From Eledone cirrhosa (lineage: Eukaryota), in assembly GCA_964016885.1 (NCBI GenBank), contig OZ024743.1, positions 366,048,001-366,112,000 on the forward strand: a DNA stretch of 64,000 nt. Direction: 5' to 3'. Of this stretch, positions 12,785 to 26,285 are shown one piece after another. The position numbers and the translations under genes are program-made. Numbering within the stretch: the first letter of the stretch is position 1; each line of letters starts with the position of its first letter. Below the pieces are notes generated by a model, which saw nothing but the letters and a program-made list of their open reading frames with translations, did no database searches and was not told the origin of the DNA.

Positions 12785-14120
12785 TGTGCCGGCCCTTTAT
12801 TTACCGACCTCGAAAGGATAAAAGGCAAAATTTACCTCGATTAAATTTGAACTCAACGCATTGAAATCCGAAACAAATATTGAGACATTTATTTCGACGC
12901 CCTTACGACTCCATCAACTAGCAGCCAAAAACTACAGAAAACACTGCTACAATAACTGATTCAGGAACTGTGTTATGAATATTTATTAAAGCACCAATGA
13001 AGGGGTTTCCGGAAAAGTTAAGAATGGTGAGTGTCTAAAGCAGCAGTTACCAACCTGGGGTCTGCGAAGGTAGTATTGAGCTAAGTTCAAAATTTACAGT
13101 ACTCTGTTATAAACATTTACATATATAGACTATTTGGTATCCATTCTTCTCTAAGTGTAAATATTTCTCTCTTTTGTTTGTTATTATCATTGTATAAATA
13201 TCTGGGTGGGGAGTAATTGTAGCTAATTGTACGGAGATCCATGGAAACATTCATTTAAATATAAGGAATCTTTGGGAAAGAAAAGGTTGGAAACTAATGG
13301 TTTAAGACAGAAGAGGAAGTAAACAAAAGATAGATGAACAAATCAACCTAACCTCATGACTTTATACGTGTGATTGATTGTGTAAATGATCTTGTCATGG
13401 ATATTGAAACAAATCATTGAAGGGTGACAAAGCTACAGATATAGAGGGATTCCCTGACGAGCTTGTTATATATGGAAGATATCATTTTAAGGGATGAACA
13501 ATCTGTTTTTCCAACATGCAGTATCTATTCCAGTTCTCTATGCTTTGAGATCAAATCCCACCGAGGTCAACTTTGCTTGCCACCCTTTCAGGGATCGGTA
13601 AAATAGAATACTAATCCAGGGTTGTAGATTGGCGGAATTGACTAACTTATTTGTTCTGGCTCTTTGCGTTGAATTCTTTGCGATAGACATAATCCATCCG
13701 TCACTCAGTTTAACACCCACCTGATCCTTGGTTACCTTTGGTTTGAGATTAAGTTACTAAGTTCGACCCACCACTCTCAGAGGCCAAGATAAAAAAGATG
13801 TCATGGGCGTTTCCTTTACTTCCCTGATGTGGCGGTAAATAAAAATATATAAATAAATACTGCAAGGTATTCGACGCTCTAACAATTTCGCCAGTTTATC
13901 GAAAGGATGAAAGGTCAAGTTGACATCGGCGGGATTTGAACCCATTATGCAAGAAGCTGGAGTAAATAATTAATCCGAGCTACTACTGGATTTATTATTT
14001 CATAAAGACAAGGGCAGTGGACTGGCAGAATTGTTAGAGCATCGGACACAATGCTTTGCGTTATTTGCTGTGGCTCTTTATGTTCTGATTCTAACTGTTG
14101 CCCAGGCCAACTTTAACTGC
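12785..14120. mobile_element. Cluster of older, diverged SINE copies (~12790 minus, ~13520 plus, ~13870 minus, ~14015 plus)
   Basis: Recurring aaggatgaaaggcaaagtt-like and tcaaatccc..gaggtcaactttgc motifs. Confidence 0.6.
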
Positions 14121-15221
14121 GAGCTTAAAGGTAATCTTTTTGCATGTTGGGAATAAGTATCCAATTGATTCCAGTTATTTGAGGAAGGCAAATGAGTCAT
14201 ACGACACTATCAAGATATTACTGGAAAGCTGGAGGTGACTTGAAGTTATAGGTTTTTTAACTAGAATACAAAAGGGTTACACGAAGTTTTGCTGCCTCTT
14301 GCGCCTGTGGAACAACCGGGCACGAAATGATCACTACAGTCGGCAGGATTGGCCAGCACGTCATTAATGGAGACCAGGGAATAAAAGCGTTCAATACGTA
14401 CCACTTGTTTCACCTGAGCTAATTGCATTATCACCACTACAGATTAAACATGGAATCTTCAAAAATGTTGTGATGTCACTGGCCCAGAAGGGCAACCAAT
14501 CAAATTGCTGAAAGATGTATTTCCTCGATTAAGCGAAGCAAAGATTAAAGAAGGCGTGTTCGTTGAACCAGACACTCGCAAACTGATGAAGAATCAGATT
14601 TTCAGAGATTCATTGAATGAATTTGAATGTCGGGCTTATGATGCAGTGTTAAAGATAGTGGAAAACTTTCTCGGAAAGAACTGAAGCCCGAATTACAGGG
14701 TAATCATAACTGATTTGCTGGATTCATTAGATTCACAGGGTGTCGAAATATCCTTGATGATTCGCTCTTTAAAGAGTCACTTGGATTTCTTTCCTTTCAA
14801 CTTCAGCAAAATCAGTTATCAGCATTGTGAAATATTTCATTAAGTGGTGACTACTTTTGAAACAAATGTATCAAAGGTGATCCTCGCATGAGGACAAACT
14901 TTTGGTAATTTCCCTCTTGTTGAACTCCAAGCTACACATCTTCACAGTGAAATCAATGCTGTAAAGTTTTTTGTGATAAGTTTTATCTATGTGTATTGTC
15001 ATTTTAACTGATTAATTGTGGTTCAGTACATTAATAAATTACATATAATGTTCACAAAATTAAACACTTTTTCTGTAAATGTAGCAGATGTGAGGTATCT
15101 TGTAGATCAAAATCTAGACACGATGGAGTAAGACGGATTTCATATTAATAAAAATCATCCTAAAATTCACTAATATCACATAAAAAAAATGTGTTTGCAA
15201 AAAGATTAGTGCCATGCAGTG
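14120..15221 (+). mobile_element. Degenerate Chapaev3-like (CMC superfamily) DNA transposon, 3' half
   Basis: Broken translation GGDLK..GYTKFCCL, SPLQIKHGIFKN, FPRLSEAKIKEGVFVEPDTRKL..ENFLGK, SHLDFFP. Ends ..CAGTG followed by TAA, consistent with a CAC terminus and TWA target. Confidence 0.7.
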
Positions 15222-15480
15222 TAATGAATCTTAGTCGGTCAAGTTCCCACTATATGCAAATGAGCATCACCAGTTTGATGTTTCATACGTCACAGTGCCG
15301 AGTGACTTAATGTCACTGATGATGGATAAAAATCCAGAAACAATTGTCTGGCGTTCTCACCGGCTACTAAGATGGCTGTCATATGATCACAGTTTAAAAC
15401 ATTCATAGCGAGACTCTCCAAGTTTTATTATGCATAAACATATTGCACATGCTTTCACTTACAACCCTATTTTATATATA

Positions 15481-15774
15481 CAGTGGAACCTTGGCTCACG
15501 AACTTAATTCGTTCCTGAAGGCCGTTCGTCACCCGAAATGTTGGTAAACCGAAACTATTTTTCACATACGAAATGTTGCGAGAGAGACTGTGTGTGAAAG
15601 ACAGATAGATATCACCATAGTAACTAACTACACTGCAAGTGACGCTTTCCCGTTGATACTCCCAGCTTGTTGCCAACCGTTGTTGCCGGCTTGCGTGTTC
15701 GTTACTCGAGACACAGTTCGTGAGCAGAGACGGTTTATGTTCGGAAAAATTGTTCGTGAACCAAGGTTCCACTG
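15481..15774. mobile_element. pogo/Tigger-type MITE
   Basis: TIRs CAGTGGAACCTTGGCTCACGAAC / GTTCGTGAACCAAGGTTCCACTG, flanked by TA on both sides; 294 bp, non-coding. Confidence 0.9.
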
Positions 15775-15829
15775 TATATAAATATGTGTATGTGTGTATG
15801 TGTGTGACAGAGAGGGAGGGAGAGAGGGA

Positions 15830-15899
<70 letters not shown>

Positions 15900-16241
15900 G
15901 CAGGGAGAGAGAGAGAGAGAGAGAGAGAGGTGGATGAGAGAGTGAACGTGTGAAAGATTCACTAATAGGCAGACGCAAAGAGAGTCAAAGAGATAATTTT
16001 TACTGATTCGCTTCACAGACGAGAAAGTAAATATATGTTCGCGCGTATGTGCGCAAGTATATACATATACTTGCACACATACATTTGTGGTTGTGTGCGC
16101 GCGCGCGCGTGTGTGTGTAAGGGAAGGTGAAAAAAGATAGAGTTGTAAGATTAAGAATGATAGATAGATAGATATGTATGTATATATATATATATATATA
16201 TATAGTGTATATATATATATATATATATATATTTGTATATA

Positions 16242-16303
<62 letters not shown>

Positions 16304-16356
16304 ATAATAATAATAAAATGTGGAGGGGAAGCACATGAGTTAGGATATATATATAT

Positions 16357-18937
16357 GAAAACAGGGTAAAAGAGACGATTATTAGGAAGAAAAATATATT
16401 TTTTTCCTTTTTTGTTTCTCTCTCATTTTTCTGGGTTAGAAAATGATTAAAACGAAATGTTTTACTTTGTGTGAAGTGTTAAGGTATTAGTTGATTTATT
16501 TATTATTTAACAATGGCATTTATTTATCTATTTATCTATTTAATAATTGTCTATTACCGGTTTCAGCATTTTTATGCATTATCAAATGATAGTGAAATGT
16601 ATTAGTGTGGTGTCACACATGTTAAAGAGAAGGTGCAGAAAGAATAATGTTATTTACAAACAAGGTTTATGAAGTGAAAAGAAAAAAGAAAAAAGAAAAA
16701 AGAAAAAAGAAAAAAGAAAAAAGAGAAAAGAAAAAAGAAAAAAGAAAAAAGAAAAAAGAAAAAAGAAAAAAGAAAAAGAAAACGGTCATAATATAGAGCA
16801 TAAAAAGTCACTGCGGAAGAAAAAATAATGTTATTTACAGGCATAGTTCTTGAAGTTAAGCAGATCAAAATGTGTTAATATAGCAAGAGTGCTTAGATGA
16901 TACATGATTCCATGATGGAGGCAAATGATGGACTGAGGTTTGATATAATTTTCTTTTTTAGAGAGTTAATATGCAGGGGGAAGCAATTCTTGCTGGATGA
17001 TATTTAATTTATTTAAGAAAAAGGATTAGGTAGGGTGTGAGGGAGGTAACTCTTGTAAATGTTTGATTGTTTGTTGCAGTTTTAGATTGGTCCGATTTTT
17101 AGAGCATTAAGTAGAGGTTGGAATGTGTTAATGAAATATGTTTCCTTATCGGTACGTTGGATGAAAGTAGCGTTGTCTTTGAATTTGTAAATGGGGAAAA
17201 TTTTAAAGTTTGGATGTTGGTTGTGAGCACAATTGGCGATATGTTCACTAAATGCAATCTTTCTGTATTCCTGTTTTTTAATTTGTGATTTATGGACGGT
17301 CATACGTTGACGGAGGCTGTTTTTTATCTGTCCTATGTAGTGCTCTTGACAACCTGAGCAGGTCAAAACATAGATTAGGTTTTCAGATGCACATGTAAAG
17401 TTGTGTTTAAGTGTGAAATGCTGTTCTTGTTTAAAATGGAATGTTGAACCTTCTATTAGATTTATGCATATGCCACATTTATGCATATGCCTTCCGCATT
17501 TTGTTACTGTAGGGTTCATTGTGAGGGTTTGTTGGATTTTGGCTTGTGTGAGGATGTTTTTTTATGGATTTAGGTTGTCTTTTGCTCTTTATGATGTTGT
17601 GTGTTTGGAGGATCTTGTTCATTCTTGGGTCGCTTTTTAGTAAAGGAATGTTCTGGGGGATGGTGTCGAATGCCTCATTGTTGAGGGGGTTGTGTGTGGA
17701 GATGTATGGTAGAGTTTTTTGTTGCGGTTCATTCCTGGGTTTGGGGTGTCTGAATTCCTGGATGTCTAGTTTTAGGGTACGTTGGAATCCATTGTTGATT
17801 AGGGATGGTGGGTAGTTTCTGCTGATAAGTGTGTTTTTTAATTCTTCTAGTCGTGTGTAGCATGTGTATTTATCTGAAACTATTGTGCAGATCCTTCTGG
17901 CTAGGTTATAAGGAATTGCCATTTTGGTATGTCGAGGGTGGCACGAGTTGAATGGAAGGTATTGTTTGGAGTCTGTGGGTTTGTAGTATATGTCTGTTTC
18001 TATTTTGTTGCTTGTTTTCTTGATGAGGATGTCGAGGAAAGGGAGTTGTTCATGGCTGTAATCCATTTTGAATTGTAAGTTTGTGTTGAGTCCATTCAGA
18101 AGGGTTTTAAACTCAGTCTCTATACTTTCATGCCAGAGGATGAAGCAGTCGTCCAGATATCTCTTCCACTTCTTTTCTGTGTTGGTAGAAGTGGTTACCG
18201 TATTTGTCTAGAACTTTGCGGTAGAGAGTGGTTTCCAAATATCCAAGGTTGGCGTATGAGGGGGCCACTTTCGTGCCCATGGCAGTCCCAGATTTCTGTC
18301 TGTAGTATTTGGCATTGAATTCGAAGAAATTGTTTTCCAATATGAATTTGAGTCCCTCCAACACAAATTTATTTAGGGATGCGCTGTGGGAGTTCACTAG
18401 GGAAATTTTCCATCCAGAATTGTATTGCCTCTATACCTAGGTTGTGTGGGATATTGGAATATAAATTGATGACATCAAAGGTTACTAGTAGGGTATGTTC
18501 GTTATTGAGTGTTGTTGGGAGGTGGTTGAGTATGTCAAGGTCGTCCCTTATGAAGCTTTTTATGTGTTTTAAGAAAGGTTTAAGCAGAATATATAGGAAG
18601 TTACTTAGGGGGTGGGTTTCACATGTGGTGCCTGCTATTATGGGTCTTAATTTAAGGTCATCAGGAGGGGGTATATTGATGTAAATGTCTGTGGCTTGCT
18701 TGCAGGCCCTGCCTATTACTTCGCTTTTGTGTGTCTTGGGGATACCGTAGAAGAGGCTGGTTCTGCTTTTAAAATTGGTGATGTAGTTGTATTCCTTGTC
18801 TGTAAGGCCTTCTTTGTAAAGGGTTGTTAGGGATTTTAGGTTTCTCATTATTTTCTGTTGTGTGTAATGTTGGGCCTTTTCATAATATGTTTGGTTTTCT
18901 AGACTTGAGAGTACTAGAGTTGTGTAATAATCTGTCT

Positions 18938-18939
<2 letters not shown>
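16357..18939 (-). mobile_element. 5'-truncated, frameshifted Penelope-like element (Neptune-like), RT + GIY-YIG
   Basis: Four overlapping frames give LRPII, LVTFDVINLYSNIP, SGTAMGTKVAPSYANL, WKRYLDDCFILW, LPFLDI..YYKPTD..SCHP, KCG..KCGIC and NLIYVLTCSGC..YIGQ. Bounded by (TA)n at both ends. Confidence 0.92.
16551..16592 (-). ncRNA. Hammerhead-like motif, U3-A8 core variant, in the PLE 3' UTR
   Basis: CUAUCAU-UUGAUAA-UGCAU aaaa AUGCU-GAAA-CCGG-UA^-AUAG; stem I is imperfect. Confidence 0.55.
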
Positions 18940-19008
<69 letters not shown>

Positions 19009-19039
19009 TATATATATATATATATATATAGTTATATAA

Positions 19040-19344
19040 CTAAAAAGCTCTGTAGCCTACATAAAGCACTCTCCTTTCCTTTACCTTTCCTATATATCAA
19101 GACTGGAATTGAACTATCAGCACAGTTGAGGTATGTCAGACATCAATTTATTTTATCTGATGAGGACGTACTGATGAAATAGCTCAGTACCTCTGAAATA
19201 TGTATAATAAAATATATTTGATCACATGAATGTCTATATTTATTAATATTTTGAAGTAATATTAATAACTCCAGAAAACCTCTTCGTTGAGTGCTTCTAA
19301 TCTATTGTAAAACTTTATTCATTGATTAATTGTTAAACTTTTGG

Positions 19345-19350
<6 letters not shown>
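19040..19350 (+). mobile_element. Solo PLE pLTR-like module between (TA)n tracts
   Basis: Carries a hammerhead; the 3' part is homologous to 41250-41460 and 40310-40350. Confidence 0.7.
19149..19214 (+). ncRNA. Type I hammerhead ribozyme motif (canonical core)
   Basis: UAUUUUAU-CUGAUGA-GGAcGUACUGA..UCAGUACcUCU-GAAA-UAUGUA-UA^-AUAAAAUA, with an 8-bp stem I. Confidence 0.85.
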
Positions 19351-19390
<40 letters not shown>

Positions 19391-19395
<5 letters not shown>

Positions 19396-20235
19396 CAAAT
19401 AACGAAACGAAATTAAATTTCGTTTCGTTTGTAACTCACTTTTGTATGACTGACGCTTAAACAATTAAGTTAAAAATGTACATCCACATATGTATACTGA
19501 AATACTAGTATGCATATGAATACACACACGTGTACATATGTAGATGTACCGAGTTTTTCACTGGACACTTTACTGTGAGTGTTCAGCTATTCTGTATGTA
19601 AACACACAGACAAACCGGTTTTTAGAGTCATACTGGTTTTCGAGGAAACACCTTTCCTCTATTCTCCAGAAAGCCAGACAGGAATATTGGACTAGTTTCG
19701 ATGTTGTTACATCTCATCAGCAATATTTACCTATCCTCCGGCCTTTCTAGAGAATCGTAAAAGCACATATCGTTATATGCTTTTTCTATGAAAATTAGTA
19801 GTGGGCAGACTAATTTGCATAGAGCGTGAGTACGTACCGGTTCAGCGGAGACGATAAAAACAAATAACGAAACGAAATTAAATTTCGTTTCGTTTGTAAC
19901 TCACTTTTGTATGACTGACGCTTAAACAATTCTCGTAAACGCTTTTACGATTCTCTAGAAAGGCCGGAGGATAGGTAAATATTGCTGATGAGATGTAACA
20001 ACATCGAAACTAGTCCAATATTCCTGTCTGGCTTTCTGGAGAATAGAGGAAAGGTGTTTCCTCGAAAACCAGTATGACTCTAAAAACCGGTTTGTCTGTG
20101 TGTTTACATACAGAATAGCTGAACACTCACAGTAAAGTGTCCAGTGAAAAACTCGGTACATCTACATATGTACACGTGTGTGTATTCATATGCATACTAG
20201 TATTTCAGTATACATATGTGGATGTACATTTTTAA

Positions 20236-20238
<3 letters not shown>
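19391..20238. repeat. (TA)n-bounded module with ~300-bp inverted arms and a 75-bp direct repeat
   Basis: 19467-19763 is the reverse complement of 19941-20238 (identical 68-aa ORFs on both strands). 19391-19465 repeats at 19856-19931 and contains the hairpin aacgaaacgaaatt-a-aatttcgtttcgtt. Confidence 0.9.
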
Positions 20239-20324
<86 letters not shown>

Positions 20325-20426
20325 AGATATGGAAAAGATTAAAGTTATATGTGTATTATTTAGCCCATGGTCTGTTCTGATCCAGCATGGCAGTACAGCC
20401 ATGAACATCTTGTATTTTATATATAA

Positions 20427-20603
20427 CTGTTTCTACTTTAGGCACAAGGCCATCAATTACCCAGTGCATTACTGGTACTTTATTTTATCGACCCCGTAAG
20501 GATGAAAGGCAAAGTCAACCTCGGCGGGATTTGAACTCAGATCGTAAAGGGACGTCACTATGCTGGAAAGCATGGCGTCCGACCCTCTACCGATACTGCC
20601 AAT
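20427..20603 (-). mobile_element. tRNA-derived SINE (same family)
   Basis: Reverse-complement copy of the 5829 SINE body. Confidence 0.8.
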
Positions 20604-20709
20604 ATAACGATGACTATTGTTCATTTCATTTCTTCTATGAGTTAAGCGAGGGAAGTTCGTTTATTACTAGCAGGTTGGGCAACCTTATAAAAAGGCACCC
20701 AATACGTAC

Positions 20710-20821
<112 letters not shown>

Positions 20822-20940
20822 ACGTGAAGTTGCAAGAGGATTTAAGTGTAGGTATGAATAAGAAAGAGAAGGACAGAAGACAGCTATAGTGTGTAAAGGA
20901 AAGAAAGAAACCTGGAATGTGTGGCAGAGAGAATTGTATT

Positions 20941-21937
20941 CATACATACATACATACATACATACATACATACATACACACATACATACATACATACATA
21001 CATACATACATACATACACACATACATACACACATACATACATACATACATACATACATACATACATACATACATACATACATACATACATACATACATA
21101 CACACATATACATGCATACATGCATACATACATACATACATACATACATACATACATACATACATACATACATACATACATACATACATACATACATACA
21201 TACATACATACATACATACATACACATACATACATACATACATACATACATACATACATACACACATACATACATACACACATACATACATACACACATA
21301 CATACATACATACATACACACATACATACATACACACATACATACATACATACATACATACACACATACATACATACATACATACATACATACATACATA
21401 CACACATACATACACACATACATACATACATACATACATACATACATACATACATACACACATATACATGCATACATGCATACATACATACATACATACA
21501 TACATACATACACACATACATACATACATACACACATACATACATACATACATACATACATACATACATACATACATACATACACACACACATACATACA
21601 TACATACATACATACATACATACATACATACATACATACATACATACACACATACATACATACATACATACATACATACATACATACATACATACATACA
21701 CATACATACATACATACATACATACATACATACACACACACATACATACATACATACACACATACATACATACATACATACATACATACATACATACATA
21801 CATACATACATACATACATACATACATACATACATACATACATGCATACATACATACATACATACATATACATGCATACATGCATACATACATACATACA
21901 TACATACATACATGCATATATATACATGCATACATGC

Positions 21938-22008
<71 letters not shown>
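20941..22008. repeat. ~1 kb (CATA)n microsatellite with CA interruptions
   Basis: Directly visible; explains the long HTYI/MYVC ORFs. Confidence 0.98.
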
Positions 22009-22882
22009 ACGAGCGAGGGGAGGATGGCGAGAGAGGGGAAAGGAAAAGAGAGCAATAGATAGTTAAGACAAAATATATCTGTATGTCTGTATTATACAAA
22101 CGGAGAGAAAGAAAAATGGGAGAAAGGAAAAGATACGGGAGGGAAGGGATGAAGAGTAGAAACATTGCGTGTCTCTCTATATGAGCGTGATAGAGAGGGG
22201 TAGAGTATGTGTGTGAGAAAGAGAGGGGGGGGGAGATCGCATGCGTCCTAATGTGTGCACGCAGGGAGCGTAAGACATCAAAACGAAACAAGAGTTCAAG
22301 CAAGTGTGAGATGTAAGTATACGAATGTATCTGAGTGTGATATGTGAGTATAAGTGTTTAATGTGTATAAGTGTGTGTTTGAGTGTATGTGTCTATGTGT
22401 GTGTATTAGTGAGTGAGAGAAAGAGAGAGAAGGGGAAAGAGAGAGGGGATTGAGGGAAAGATTTATAGAGAGAGAAGTAGTAATGGAGAAATGAGTGTTT
22501 GTGTGTGTGTGAGAGAGAGACATGTAAGCGTGTGAGAGATATATTAGAGACATGCTTACGTGAGGACGGTATGGGTGAGTGTCTGAGTTGTGTGTGTGTG
22601 TGTGTGTGTGTGTACGTATGTGTCTACTCAGTGCTTATATTTATGAGTATGTAAGTAAACGAAACAAAATAAGAAAAAGGGACATAGAAAAAAGGGTACA
22701 TATAAGTTTATATATTCAGAGAAAGAAAGAGAAAGAGAGAGAGAGAGGGCGAGAGGGAGAGAGAGAGAGGGAGAGAGGGAGAAAAAAAGAGAGAGAGAGC
22801 CATGCAAGGCGGACTAAAATTGAAAAATAATTTTAAAATGAAATTGAAATAGAAATATATAACTGCCAAGAAGGTAGATTAA

Positions 22883-23666
22883 TCTTCTTCTTCTTCTTCT
22901 TCTTCTTCTTCTTCTTCTTCTTCTTCTTCTTCTTCTTCTTCTTCTTCTTCTTCTTCTTCTTCTTCTTCTTCTTCTTCTTCTTCTTCTTCTTCTTCTTCTT
23001 CTTCTTCTTCTTCAGGGGGTCGTGGGGACAAAGTACTCTAACACTCCTATCAGAAACAACCGTCTCCAACTGATCCGGATGAACCCCTAAGCCAGACCAG
23101 CCAAGCTCATAGAAGGTATCCAACCATCTTTCTCGGGTTCTACCCCTGGGTCTCCTGTCAGTTGGTTTTTTCCCGTAAAATCTGCCCAACGATTCTTTCC
23201 TGAGACATTCTAACCACATGCCCAAAGTATAGCAGCACTGATCTCTCAATTCGGGCTCTAACTGGAGTGATTCCCTGATCTCTGAGGTATGCACTCTATC
23301 GAGTAACGTTACTTCAAAGACCCTTCGGAGGAACCCCCATTTCGGCCACTTGTATTCCCAATCGTATTCTTTCTGTCATTACCCAAGATTAATTATCATA
23401 GGTAAGGGTTGGCAAAATACTGAATTGAAGATATCGAGTTTGGCTTTTACACCTACCTCCTTTCTTCTGATTACTGAATACTGAAGCTGGCACATTACTG
23501 CACCAGCAATTCTTGCACTTAATTCAGCCTCCTGCCATCCATCACTCATGAACACAGCCCCAAGATACTTGAACTTCTGTACCTGCTTCAGAGGAACTCG
23601 ATTTACATGTAGAGTGTACTGTGCAGACTTCCTTGAGAGGACGAGAACTATATCAACATTTCTCAA
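22883..23666 (-). mobile_element. RTE-clade LINE 3' fragment with (GAA)n tail
   Basis: PLKQVQKFKYLGAVFMSDG..ELSARI and RRPRGRTRERWLD motifs, followed on the minus strand by an (AAG)n tract at 22883-23013. Confidence 0.8.
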
Positions 23667-23958
23667 AGGAATGTAGAGAATTAAAATTACAGTATGTAAT
23701 TGACAGCTTTTAAGAGAAAGGAATAGCTCAATGCATTTATATAAAACATGAAGGTTTGAAGAAATATTTCACCAATGACAATCTTCTCCTCTCAGAGTGA
23801 ATTATGACATTATAGACATATATCTAAATTTATAGATTGAAAAGACAATAGGGAACGAATTTTTTACCAACACTTCGTATAGAGGTAATATCTCATTCGA
23901 AACGATTGTAAGAGAATAAATAATTTTTTTTTTTTTTTATGAAAGAAGAATTTTCCAT

Positions 23959-24830
<872 letters not shown>

Positions 24831-25214
24831 AAATATCTCTACCCCCGGTAGTTTCATTCTATTTTTGGATATATCCGATCTTGGATAAATCAACGAGGTT
24901 TGGAAATCATCAGGAGATAACTCAATTGGACAAAGATTTTTCTTACATGATCCCCGCCAGAAACGAATTCAAAATGGCTAAGAATCATCACGTGGCCAAT
25001 GGTCAAGGCAAAAAGTTTGTGATTGGTGTCTGTCGGCGAGTAGGCTGGTTGCTAGAAAGCGCAGCCGAATACTGCCTAAAGTTTTACTCAACCTTATATA
25101 AAATTTAAAGGGTATATAGATATAAACTAGACAGAGTCATATATATATATATATATATATATGTTTTTAGCAACCATTCACGGTGTGGCTAAAAAAAAAA
25201 TATATATATATATT

Positions 25215-25978
25215 TACTAATATTTAATTCCATTCTTATACCAGCCACAGGATTCAACAAGAGATGAGTTGCGTAACGTAGAGAGTTTTCCAACTATTAC
25301 ATCATGATTAGCTAAACTATATATATATATATATGAGTTCCTAAACTATATATATATAGGAACATCACCAGTCCGGCCTCCTGTTTTTTTAATCAAACTA
25401 ATATTTAATTCCGTTCCTGCACCAGCCACAGTTTAGGAACTGGTCATTCCGTTTAGCTAATCATGATGTAATAGTAGGAAAGCTCTCTACGTTACGCAAC
25501 TCATCTCTTGTTGATGTTGAATCCTGTGGTTGGTGCAGGAACGGAATTAAATATTAGTTTCATTAAAATAACAGGAGGCCGGACTGGTGATGTTCCTTTA
25601 AAGTTTTATAGTTGCAAGATTAATATATATACTTCAGTGGTCTGGTTAGGTAAGATCCTGGCGACATCATCAGGTGTGTATTAGGAATTACGGCAAACAC
25701 AGAGAAAATATAAACATTGAAAATATTTGATTCAGAGATGGTCTGTAACAACAATAACACCTATTTTACAGGCCATCTCCGATTCAAATATTTTCAATGT
25801 TTATATTTTCTAGGTTTGTGTTTGCCGTAATTCCGTTATTGATTAACTAATTATGCAATACGAACTTGATGATGTCACCAAGATCTTATGTAACTAGGCC
25901 ATTGAAATATATATATAGTGCTTTTCGCTACAATAACATTTTAAAGGAACATCACCAGTCTTGGTATTTTAACAAAAC

Positions 25979-25982
<4 letters not shown>
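25215..25982. mobile_element. Nested inverted pLTR-like fragments with two decayed hammerheads
   Basis: Inverted pairs 25216-25317/25451-25559 and 25358-25430/25525-25597, plus a fold-back centred at ~25758. CUGAUGA (minus, ~25665) and UUGAUGA..GAAA-UAUAUAUA-UA (plus, 25866-25917). Confidence 0.7.
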
Positions 25983-26036
<54 letters not shown>

Positions 26037-26227
26037 GGTTTGAGGTTCACCACTGTATAGAGCTGGTCTATTCCGTATGGTCAATCGTAATGCAATAATA
26101 TAGAGAGTACTCAACGTAAAGCAGTTCAACCGTCTTTGTTTTTGTAGTTGGTGGTGCTATTACGGAGTTAACTATTATAATGAAATGACAGGAGGCTGGA
26201 TTTGTGTAAATCCTTGAAAGGTTTATT

Positions 26228-26285
26228 ATACTATGATCATTTCAATGACCGGGTTCCGTATGAATCCGGTGATATCATCAGGTAT
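26228..26285 (-). ncRNA. Type I hammerhead ribozyme motif (inverted copy of 29010-29067)
   Basis: Reverse complement of the 29010 motif. Confidence 0.85.

Noticed and set aside
17082-18941. Programmed frameshifting or selenocysteine read-through in the PLE ORF
   Set aside because: The breaks are several scattered indels in a truncated copy, the endonuclease is C-terminal (not Naiad-type), and no SECIS was recognised.
19544-20161. Identical 68-aa ORFs on opposite strands
   Set aside because: A by-product of the inverted repeat; no protein motif.
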